Source: a virus
Taxonomy: Duplodnaviria > Caudoviricetes
Length of the DNA stretch: 61,448 bases
Strand: one strand, 5' to 3'
IMG/VR virus record: IMGVR_UViG_3300044454_000272
Coordinates: 1 to 61,448 of that record
The position numbers were made by a program, and so were the translations under genes. Positions 53,856 to 61,448 of the stretch are shown in pieces. A model generated the notes under the pieces. It was not told the DNA's origin, did not search any database, and saw only the letters and a program-made list of their open reading frames with translations. Each line of letters opens with the position of its first letter. Position 1 is the stretch's first letter.

Positions 53856-54434
53856 ATGAGTAGACAGTTTTGGAACGAGACACTGGCGTGGGCTACCGCG
53901 AGCGGATCGGCGGTTGCGAACACGACGACGGAAACGATCCTGTTCCCGAACATCGTCGTCCCGGCCAACTACATGCAGGACGGGCGTTGCCTGCGCGGCC
54001 GCGGCTTCGGTGCGTACGGCACGACGAGCACACCAAGCTTGATCTTCTCGCTGCGGTGGGGTGGTGTTTCGGGGACCGTGATCGCCAAGAGCGCGACCAA
54101 CGTCACCACTTCCGGCGTCGGTGGTGGTGCGTCGATGACTGCGATGTGGGAATTCGAGTTCATCATCCAGACGCGCTCCAATGGGGCAGTCGGCACGTTG
54201 ATGGCGAATGGCTCTACCATCCTCTACACGAGCACGCTGCTTACCGCAGGCACGGTGACGAACTATGGTCAGCCGTCGCCGCTCGCTTCCGGCTCGACGG
54301 GAGGCACCACGCCGGTTGCGGTGACTTGCGATCTGACGACAGATACCTCGTTGTCGTTCACCGCGACGTGGGGCACGCCAAGCGCATCGAACAGCATCCA
54401 AGGATTGCAATACACGCTCGAATCGTTGAACTGA
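53856..54434 (+). CDS. Putative Thr/Gly-rich structural protein
   Basis: VANTTTET, PANY...GR, W...SASN. Confidence 0.7.
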   Translation: MSRQFWNETLAWATASGSAVANTTTETILFPNIVVPANYMQDGRCLRGRGFGAYGTTSTPSLIFSLRWGGVSGTVIAKSATNVTTSGVGGGASMTAMWEFEFIIQTRSNGAVGTLMANGSTILYTSTLLTAGTVTNYGQPSPLASGSTGGTTPVAVTCDLTTDTSLSFTATWGTPSASNSIQGLQYTLESLN

Positions 54435-54435
54435 A

Positions 54436-54867
54436 ATGACAACCACCACCAATCGCTATCTGGCGTACCCGGCAGCGGCGGCAGGTATCTCGCGCGCCTC
54501 GTCAGGCAGCACCGCGTGGTCGTTCTCGGCGTACACCGAGATCGTTCCGGTCAACACGATCACCGCCGACTTTTACCTTGCGGGACTCACCTGGGCGTGG
54601 CACACGCCCGTCGCGGCGGTCGACACGACCTACGAGTGGATCATCGAATTGGCGACTGGTGCAGCCGCATCCGAAGTGCTGATCGCGCAGGTGCCGTGCT
54701 CGATTCGAGGCGACACCCTCGTCGGGTACGTCCCGAGCAACTACGTCATCTTCCCCGAGCCGAAGTTCGTCGCCGCGAACACTCGCATCAGCACCCGCGT
54801 TGCCTACTCGCTGGCGACGACGAGCAACACGCTGACCGGCATCAAGATTCTCTATCAAATACCGTGA
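54436..54867 (+). CDS. Putative structural protein (paralogue of next gene)
   Basis: DTT.E, AQVP.S.R.DT.VGY, FPEP. Confidence 0.7.
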   Translation: MTTTTNRYLAYPAAAAGISRASSGSTAWSFSAYTEIVPVNTITADFYLAGLTWAWHTPVAAVDTTYEWIIELATGAAASEVLIAQVPCSIRGDTLVGYVPSNYVIFPEPKFVAANTRISTRVAYSLATTSNTLTGIKILYQIP

Positions 54868-55385
54868 CCACTTCGACAGGGCGCATTCGTTCGTGGCCTG
54901 AAATAGCGGGCGGTGGGTCGGCAACTGGCCCCGGCACCGCTTGGTCATTCGGCAACACAAGCGCCGATCTTGGTCAGGCCAATTACGACATGCTGGTGCT
55001 TGGGGTCCAATTTCAGGCGAACAATGTCCCGGCGCTAGACACCACGCAGGAAGTGCTGCTCAATGTTCGGGTCGGGCAAGATTCTTCCTACTGGCGGGCA
55101 AACGACATCAGAGCACAGGTGCCGGGGTCGCTCAGGAACGACACCCAGGTTGGGTATTACTTCACACAACCAATGTCCCTGTTTTTTCCTGAACCTTGGC
55201 TCATCTACTACGGCGAGCTTGTCTTTGTGGAGGTGGTCGACAGCATAGGGAGTGTCGTTGCCTATAACGGGATCAAATTGACCGTCATGGATAGAGCTTC
55301 CTCGAACTCAAAAGCAACGCTGGCATTCAACAACTACCTGTTTGTGAACACGACAGAGGACGAGTCAGCGGGGTCGGTGGGCTGA
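54864..55385 (+). CDS. Putative structural protein (paralogue of previous gene)
   Basis: GTGA overlap; same motifs. Confidence 0.7.
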   Translation: MTTSTGRIRSWPEIAGGGSATGPGTAWSFGNTSADLGQANYDMLVLGVQFQANNVPALDTTQEVLLNVRVGQDSSYWRANDIRAQVPGSLRNDTQVGYYFTQPMSLFFPEPWLIYYGELVFVEVVDSIGSVVAYNGIKLTVMDRASSNSKATLAFNNYLFVNTTEDESAGSVG

Positions 55386-55684
55386 TGGCTGCTGGGCAAA
55401 AATGGTTGGAGGCGAAGTTCAGCAATATCATTCGGACTCCATCGCAAACTTGGGTAACGGTGCGCCTGTACGCGATGCAGGAAGCGAATCAACCAGACGC
55501 TGGTGGCAACCCAGTCTACAACCGCATCCTGCTAGGCACGCTATCGAACGTGCGCCTCGACGCTGGCGAGTACGCAGCACAGATCGTCGCGCTAATTAAA
55601 ACAAAGATGCAAGAAGAAAACGTGCGTGGCAATCATGGCTACACGCTGGATCAATTCCTTTGCGACTTTCCAGATGGCGTGTAA
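55385..55684 (+). CDS. Hypothetical protein
   Basis: TGATG overlap. Confidence 0.6.
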   Translation: MAAGQKWLEAKFSNIIRTPSQTWVTVRLYAMQEANQPDAGGNPVYNRILLGTLSNVRLDAGEYAAQIVALIKTKMQEENVRGNHGYTLDQFLCDFPDGV

Positions 55685-56696
55685 TCGCAAGCATTGGCTC
55701 GCGTTCAACCGCCGATGGTTTGAAAACCATCAGGGTGAACTGTTGTACCTTGGCAAGCAGGCTTGGTTCCGCCGGTTGATGGGCATTGAAGGCGACGGGC
55801 AACTGGTGAGCATCGCCCCTGACTCCTACATCATTGACCGCGCCGACGATTTCCAAGCGACGTTTTACTCAGGCCACGCGATGTCGCGGGCGCTCTACAA
55901 GCGATTCTGCCCGCTCTGGTGGGGAATGCACGCCTGGGATTGGGCCGTTGCTGATCGCTTCCAATTGATGCGCCACCTCAGTTTCAATTTCTCGACGCTG
56001 ACCGCGTATCCCGATCCTGACCCGGAAGTGACTACGGTGGACGGTCGGATCGTGAGCAATCATGCGACAGGCATTTTGTGGGCGACGTTACGCTCTGGAA
56101 CGGGAACGGGAGTAACACTCACCGCGTCACCGTCAGTCACGAGCGGTGCTGCGCCTTGGGTTCAGGGTTCGACAAGCAACAAGGATTGGGGAACGAACAT
56201 CGGTCGCGGGTTTTGCTTGTTCGACTGCTCCCCGTTGTCGGTTGAATTTACTTGCACCGCCGCCTCTCTCAGATGGTCCAACGGCGCCGGTACTGACGGC
56301 ATAGGAAACTGCCTTATCAATGTTTTTGAATCGACCCCGGCATCGGATACCAATCTGACGACCGCTGATTGGGCGGCATTCGTAATGACCACCAGTTTTT
56401 GCGCCAGCAGCAAGAAAATCAACGACTACATCAACCCCTTCGACTTCAATTCGAATGGCATTGCTTTCATCAAAGACGGCATCGTGAGGCTAGGGATGCT
56501 GGAAGTTACGCACGACGTTGGCAATACCGCTTTCAATTTTGCTACCGGCAGCCAAGGGTTCACAACGCCAGCTTTCGCAGAGGGCGGCAATACAAGCACA
56601 ATGCCGCAACTGAAAGTGACGTACACGCTACCAGGGACCTCGTTCAAGCCAATACCCATGCGCCCGCGTCCCTTCGCTCCCGGCATAGCGCGATAG
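55674..56696 (+). CDS. Putative receptor-binding/fibre protein
   Basis: WF..HQ..L, W..MH.WDW, TLT.YPD.DPE.TTVDG N-module; beta-rich C-term ending PQLKVTY. Confidence 0.65.
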   Translation: MACNRKHWLAFNRRWFENHQGELLYLGKQAWFRRLMGIEGDGQLVSIAPDSYIIDRADDFQATFYSGHAMSRALYKRFCPLWWGMHAWDWAVADRFQLMRHLSFNFSTLTAYPDPDPEVTTVDGRIVSNHATGILWATLRSGTGTGVTLTASPSVTSGAAPWVQGSTSNKDWGTNIGRGFCLFDCSPLSVEFTCTAASLRWSNGAGTDGIGNCLINVFESTPASDTNLTTADWAAFVMTTSFCASSKKINDYINPFDFNSNGIAFIKDGIVRLGMLEVTHDVGNTAFNFATGSQGFTTPAFAEGGNTSTMPQLKVTYTLPGTSFKPIPMRPRPFAPGIAR

Positions 56697-56702
56697 AAGA
56701 AA

Positions 56703-57341
56703 ATGTCATTCCTTCGGCGCGGATCGTCTGGTCCGTTTAAGCTCGAATCACCTAGTGTCGTAGTAGCGGTTGATGATCCCGTCCCGAGCACTATAGTCGC
56801 CTCGGGCAATCTGTTTTCGCGCATAGGTAATGTTGTTGGAGTCGTCGGCGCCGCCGCAGTGTTTGTGGCGGCAGCGATCTTGTCTGCACCAGCGCCAGCA
56901 TCGCCAGCGCCACAGACGATAGTTGCTGCACCTCAGGGCGAACTGCACCAACCCGCTCCGCGGCTATTTGGTCCGCATCCCTTCGAGGTAACTCCGTTAG
57001 TTTCTGCGCTAACTGCGCGACCGCAAGCCGACCCGACCGGGCCACAACCGCAGCTGATTGGACCGGTTCCGCGAGAAGTTGTACCGCTAGCTGGCGCTCT
57101 AACCGCCAAGCCGCAGACTGACCCGAGCGTTCTTGCACCGCAAGTTATCGGCCAAACGCCGCGCGAGCCGGTGCCCCTGCACGCGACTGCGGTCGCCGCG
57201 CCGCAATCGGATCCAAGCCAGCAACCCGCACGCCTGTCGTCCGCGCAACCGCCGAGTTTTGATGCACCGCCCGGGCGACCGGGCATCGTTGCTACGCCGC
57301 AAACGGACTCGACGCAGCCTCGAGCGGCTATTACGGGCTAG
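56703..57341 (+). CDS. Pro-rich repeat protein, 5' part (ends at in-frame TAG)
   Basis: PQxDP..PAP.L.G repeats. Confidence 0.7.
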   Translation: MSFLRRGSSGPFKLESPSVVVAVDDPVPSTIVASGNLFSRIGNVVGVVGAAAVFVAAAILSAPAPASPAPQTIVAAPQGELHQPAPRLFGPHPFEVTPLVSALTARPQADPTGPQPQLIGPVPREVVPLAGALTAKPQTDPSVLAPQVIGQTPREPVPLHATAVAAPQSDPSQQPARLSSAQPPSFDAPPGRPGIVATPQTDSTQPRAAITG

Positions 57342-59660
57342 CTGCCGTTTGGTCCGGTTCCGCTTGCTCCGACCAGCTTTGTCGCGCCGCAGGTTGACGG
57401 GAGTGTCCCGCAGCCGCAGCTGACCGGGCCGAGACCGCCCAGCTTTGATTCGCCGTTGCCGGGAAGTGTAAAGACCGAGCAGCAACCCGAGCGCCAGCGT
57501 GCGCCTGCGTTGTTCGGCACTCAGCCGCTGGAGATTACGCCGCTTGTCCCGATCCGGTTCAGTGCCGGGCAGCGTGAAGGGGACCGCTTTGCCGCGGTGT
57601 TCAGTGCGCCGCCTGTTGTTGCGCCTGTTGTTACGGATAGACCGCCGCCGCTGATTGTCGCGTCCCCGCAGCTGGAGCCGGAACGCGCCCCGGTCGTAAG
57701 CAAGTCCACAGTCTACCCCGACCAGCCAATCCTCCAAGAGCCGTGGTTTGGTGGAGCAACTCAGCGGGCACCGCACCTCCAAGGTCGCGCGACTGTTTTC
57801 CAGCCGTTCCCAACGAGCGTCGTTGCTGATACGGTTCCGCTGCGGCAAATAATTGCCGCGCCAGCACAGCAGCTTGACCAACCAAGCGCGGAGATTATTG
57901 GGCAGGCGCCACGCGAGGCAACGCCGCTCGGACCAACCAATAACTGGCGTCCGCAGATCGACGCGAGTGTGCCGGCTCCGAGCATCTTCGGAACCAAGCC
58001 GCCCAGCCTCGACGCGCCAATACCGGGGAGAGTTGGCACAGCCGAACAGGCAGAGGCACAACGGCAAGCTGTTGTCTTTGGGACAAAGCCGTCGCAAGCA
58101 ACACCACTGGGACCGACTGCACTCACCAGTGGACAAGCCGAGCGTGACCGCACGCCGGTTATCTTCCGCCAGCCGTCGCCGAGTCTCGACAGTCCGCAGC
58201 CAAGCACTGTCAGCACTATTGGTCAGGTTGAGCGCGACAGAGCGGCCCTCGTCGTCGGCCAAACGCCGCCGAGTTACGATTTACCGCCGGCGCGGCCGAG
58301 CCTTGTTGCTGCACCACAAGAGCGGCGCGATGTTGCACCCACACTGTTCGCGCCGTTCTTCAAGCCTGCGGATGTTGTACAGACGCCGCTCACGTTAGCA
58401 GCACCGCAGCCGGATCTGACCCAACCGGCTCCGAGGCTCGCCGGCCAATTGCCGTTCGGTCCGGTGCCGTTGCGTCCGGCTACCGTCGCCGCTCCGCAAA
58501 CGGATCCGAGTCAGCTTGCTGCGCGCGTCTACGCGCAGGTCCCGCCGAGCCTCGACAGCGTAAGCATTGCTGGGTACGTCCGTACGGACGCGCAGCCGGA
58601 AAGGGAACGCACACCGCTCGTCTTTGGTACAACCCCGCCCAGTTATGATCAACCGCCTAACAGGTCGATCGTCAGTGCAGCGCCTGTGCTGGGCGTGCAA
58701 CCTGCGGCAGTGGTGTTTGGTGCCACGCCGCCGAGTTTAGACCGCACGTTTGGTCTAGTTGCCGCAACGCCGCAACAGGATCCAACACAGCTTCCACCGG
58801 TAGTTATCGGCTCGGCGCTGCTACCTAGCGCCAATTACCCGCCGCTAACTTCCACGCGCCAGTATGTGCCACAACGGGATCCAACGCAGCTTCCGGCGGT
58901 AGTCATCGGCTCGCCGCTGTTGCCGAGCGCAGTGGCGCCGCCGTTGCGTCCGGCGATTGTCCGCAACCCGACTGACTACGAGTCGCTGAATCCGCTGCCT
59001 GCGTTGGTCTACGGCAGCCCGCTCCTGCCCAGTGTCGAGCGTCCGCCCGAGCCGCCTGTTGTCAGCGAGGAGATGGATGGCGGGTTTTATTTCCTGCCAC
59101 CCGCCCGTTCAGTTAGGTTCGCATGCCGTAGTCAGCAGCAAGTTGTTGCGCAATCCCGCGCAGTTGCTACAACTGTGGCGGACAGCGGCATTGCTCTATC
59201 AGTATCCACGCGGCAGGACCTGTTCCTCTATGCAAAGGATGGTGGACGCGTCGCGCTGACAGACAGCGCGCTCGAGGTATCCGCAGTTACCAAGCAACGC
59301 ATAACGGCTGCGGAGCGTGCAACAGCGGGCATGATAGTAGAGGCCCGCATGAACCCGCAGGTGTTGGAGGCGGGTTGTTTCACTAAAGCTATAGCGGAAA
59401 CCGCTGTCTCAGTGCGGGGTACAAGCAAGGTCTTGTTCAAAGCGGAGACTTGTGCAAATCTTGAATCTGCCGGTTACCTGCTTGCGTCGTTTACCAAGGT
59501 TGACGTAGTGTCAGACACCGGTGGCATAACGAAGATGGCAGCAATCGCAGTGTGCAGAGGGAGCAGCACGTTGGTGAAATGTTCCACTGCTTCGGTTGTG
59601 CGCGACACCGAGCTAGATGACTTTGCGGCCTTCGTCCAGCGCTTAGATTTGGAATCGTGA
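57342..59660 (+). CDS. Pro-rich repeat protein, 3' part (same frame, continues after TAG)
   Basis: Frame open from 57342; same repeats; no good RBS for TTG 57456. Confidence 0.7.
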   Translation: MPFGPVPLAPTSFVAPQVDGSVPQPQLTGPRPPSFDSPLPGSVKTEQQPERQRAPALFGTQPLEITPLVPIRFSAGQREGDRFAAVFSAPPVVAPVVTDRPPPLIVASPQLEPERAPVVSKSTVYPDQPILQEPWFGGATQRAPHLQGRATVFQPFPTSVVADTVPLRQIIAAPAQQLDQPSAEIIGQAPREATPLGPTNNWRPQIDASVPAPSIFGTKPPSLDAPIPGRVGTAEQAEAQRQAVVFGTKPSQATPLGPTALTSGQAERDRTPVIFRQPSPSLDSPQPSTVSTIGQVERDRAALVVGQTPPSYDLPPARPSLVAAPQERRDVAPTLFAPFFKPADVVQTPLTLAAPQPDLTQPAPRLAGQLPFGPVPLRPATVAAPQTDPSQLAARVYAQVPPSLDSVSIAGYVRTDAQPERERTPLVFGTTPPSYDQPPNRSIVSAAPVLGVQPAAVVFGATPPSLDRTFGLVAATPQQDPTQLPPVVIGSALLPSANYPPLTSTRQYVPQRDPTQLPAVVIGSPLLPSAVAPPLRPAIVRNPTDYESLNPLPALVYGSPLLPSVERPPEPPVVSEEMDGGFYFLPPARSVRFACRSQQQVVAQSRAVATTVADSGIALSVSTRQDLFLYAKDGGRVALTDSALEVSAVTKQRITAAERATAGMIVEARMNPQVLEAGCFTKAIAETAVSVRGTSKVLFKAETCANLESAGYLLASFTKVDVVSDTGGITKMAAIAVCRGSSTLVKCSTASVVRDTELDDFAAFVQRLDLES

Positions 59661-60580
59661 ATCGCTTCTACGTAACAGTGCACTCTAGCCCGACTTGCAT
59701 TCGGGTTGACCTGCCGCTACTTTTGAAAAGGCGCGGCAAGGGTGCTGTCCTCCCCTCACTTACCATTGCGCGGCCTGCGGCCCGCATTGCGCAAAAGAAA
59801 TTGGAGCGAGTGCTGATTAAGTTTTTCGACCACGCTCGAGGCGTGTTGCTAAAGCAGCTCACGAAGCAGTTGGCCAAAGCTGGGTTCACGAAGGCAACGT
59901 TCGACACAGGTATGGTGGACGAAGTAATGGGCGGTATTGACCTCACTGTATTCAATCAGTTGCCAGCGAAGACGAAGCCCATTCTCCAAGACTTGTATTC
60001 GGATGCAGGCAAGCAGACGTTGCGCACCGTCATGGTCGCTGTAGACGCTGCGAAGCCCGGTGCTGCGCCCGAACTGCCCGCAGGCGCGTGGAACCAAGTA
60101 GACAAAGGCGCGGTTGAGTTTGCGTCCCTGCGCTCTGCGGAAATGGTAGGCATGCGGTTTGACAAGAGCACGGGTGCGCTGACGCCTAACCCGGATGCGA
60201 AGTGGGCTATCAGTGAAACGACACGGGACGGGATCCGATCCTTGGTAACGCAAACAGTCAAAGGCGAGATGTCGGTATTGGATCTGCCGAAGGCACTCGA
60301 GAACAGCTACGGTTTTTCCGCCTCGCGCGCATCGATGATTGCGCGTACCGAAGTACGCATCGCCAACGGCGAAGGCATGCTGGGAGGATTGATTGCTTCC
60401 GGCAACGTGCAGCAGAAGGTGTGGATCACGCAAGAGGACGACCTTGTTTCGGATATTTGTCAGGAAAACGCCGACGCAGGTCCGATCGATTTAATGGACG
60501 ATTTCCCTAGTGGAGATCAAGTTGAGCCCGCGCATCCAAACTGTCGGTGCACTGTCACTGGCTACGTGGACTGGGACTAA
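59657..60580 (+). CDS. Head morphogenesis protein, MuF/SPP1 gp7 family (short form)
   Basis: ISETTR, RASMIARTE, K.W, C.EN, F.SG...PAHPNCRC. Confidence 0.9.
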   Translation: MNRFYVTVHSSPTCIRVDLPLLLKRRGKGAVLPSLTIARPAARIAQKKLERVLIKFFDHARGVLLKQLTKQLAKAGFTKATFDTGMVDEVMGGIDLTVFNQLPAKTKPILQDLYSDAGKQTLRTVMVAVDAAKPGAAPELPAGAWNQVDKGAVEFASLRSAEMVGMRFDKSTGALTPNPDAKWAISETTRDGIRSLVTQTVKGEMSVLDLPKALENSYGFSASRASMIARTEVRIANGEGMLGGLIASGNVQQKVWITQEDDLVSDICQENADAGPIDLMDDFPSGDQVEPAHPNCRCTVTGYVDWD

Positions 60581-60602
60581 CCGAAGGAAGGAGTTTTCAG
60601 AC

Positions 60603-61448
60603 ATGCAGATGTTCGCCCGTATCACCAAGGTCGACGAAGAACGGCGTCTCGTGTACGGGCGCCTGGCGCAAGAAGTGCCGGACCGCTCCGGTGAAATACT
60701 TGACTACGCGTCAAGCAAGCCGTATTTCAAGCAGTGGTCGGAGGAGTTTCAAAAAGCGACGACTGCCTCGGGCCAAGAAGTGTCGTACGGCAACGTCCGC
60801 GCCATGCACGGCAAGATTGCAGCCGGCAAGCTGGTCGCGTTCGATTGTAACGACGCGGAGAAGGCGTTCGACATTGGCGCCAAAATCGTCGACGACAACG
60901 AGTGGAAGAAGTGCCTCGAGGGCGTCTACACCGGCTTCTCCATCGGCGGCGATTACGTCGGCAGCAAGCGGGCGGAGAAGATCGACGGGCGCAACTTCAT
61001 GCGCTACACCGGCAAGCCCGGCGAAGCATCGCTGGTCGACTCGCCGTGCATTCCCTCCGCCAAGTTCTTCGAGGTGATGAAGGTGGACGGGTCGCTGCAA
61101 AAGGTGGCGTTCGCTGCTAAGCCGCTCACCGTCGAAGAGCAAAACGCGAAGGTGGAGAAGGTTGCCCGCCGGCTCGCGCGCAAAGCGTTTTGGCCACAAC
61201 CGCTCGGTGTGCGCCTGCACGTTACCGACGACGTGTTGGCGAAGATGACCGACGCAGACAAGACATCACAAGCTGCCAAGTACCCGCCGGACGCGGATTG
61301 GCAATCGCACGTTCTCGAGGCCATCCGCATCGTCAAAGCGGACGATTACGAAGAGGAAGAGGACGAACTCGAGAAGCCGGATGAAATCGAGTGGGATGAG
61401 TGGGACGAAATGACCTACGAGGAAAAGCTCGAGGCGATCGACGAGTAC
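60603..61448 (+). CDS. Prohead maturation protease (HK97-type), truncated at right edge (absent from ORF track)
   Basis: Hand translation MQMFARITKVDEERRLVYG..E.PDRSGE..NVRAMH..AAGK..YTGFSIGG..EASLVDSPC; AAGGAG RBS. Confidence 0.85.
   Translation, partial: MQMFARITKVDEERRLVYGRLAQEVPDRSGEILDYASSKPYFKQWSEEFQKATTASGQEVSYGNVRAMHGKIAAGKLVAFDCNDAEKAFDIGAKIVDDNEWKKCLEGVYTGFSIGGDYVGSKRAEKIDGRNFMRYTGKPGEASLVDSPCIPSAKFFEVMKVDGSLQKVAFAAKPLTVEEQNAKVEKVARRLARKAFWPQPLGVRLHVTDDVLAKMTDADKTSQAAKYPPDADWQSHVLEAIRIVKADDYEEEEDELEKPDEIEWDEWDEMTYEEKLEAIDEY

Noticed and set aside
11744-57341. Genome-wide TAG-to-Gln recoding (genetic code 15)
   Set aside because: queE, primase, dnaX and SSB end at TAG at natural C-termini; only one internal TAG was found and long genes are otherwise uninterrupted
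56703-59100. Pro-rich repeats as DGR template/variable repeat
   Set aside because: Degenerate protein-level repeats without an adenine-specific mismatch pattern; no reverse transcriptase in window
60547-61077. ORF-track 176-aa ORF as the last gene
   Set aside because: The real gene is in another frame (60603 to end, prohead protease motifs), missed because it lacks a stop in the window
10960-61336. Long minus-strand ORFs in replication and late regions (e.g. 23413..24339, 37052..37951, 57099..58262)
   Set aside because: Shadows of well-supported plus-strand genes, without motifs

Overview
A 61.4-kb, GC-rich fragment of a large tailed dsDNA phage (Caudoviricetes). The host is probably proteobacterial, inferred from a sigma70 promoter and an IHF site. 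No integrase, tRNA or CRISPR array was seen. There are four modules. (1) 1-9.6 kb: a leftward early operon of small genes, including NADAR and ArdC. It is driven by a TTGCCA-17-TACATT promoter through an ~850-nt apparently non-coding leader and punctuated by 13 copies of a structured intergenic RNA element with compensatory changes, G-U pairs on the mRNA strand and UUCG loops. (2) 10.5-36.6 kb: a rightward replication/recombination module with DnaB-like and SNF2 helicases, primase, UDG-domain/PolA fusion, beta-clamp, DnaX loader, SSB, RecA, UvsY-like protein, resolvase, SbcCD and a sigma-like factor. A dispersed 7-deazaguanine DNA-modification set (queE, folE, queD, TGT/DpdA-like) is present, with no queC in the window. 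(3) 37-50.3 kb: terminase and portal genes interleaved with five putative virion-cargo proteins (His-rich helical, zincin, PD-(D/E)xK nuclease, ADP-ribosyltransferase, InPase). Each carries a short Lys-preceded tag (KGDxPGHEFHGNQY three times, KEWDESKHPRDDRGRF, KGNQCHMPAGTPEGGQF) followed by a Gly linker. (4) 50.3-61.4 kb: an ~9-kb block of fibre/decoration-like genes, one split by an in-frame amber codon and one frameshifted, inserted between portal and the MuF/prohead-protease genes. The best candidates for undescribed systems are the early-gene RNA element array and the peptide-tagged capsid cargo set. All family assignments come from motif recognition by eye, not database searches.
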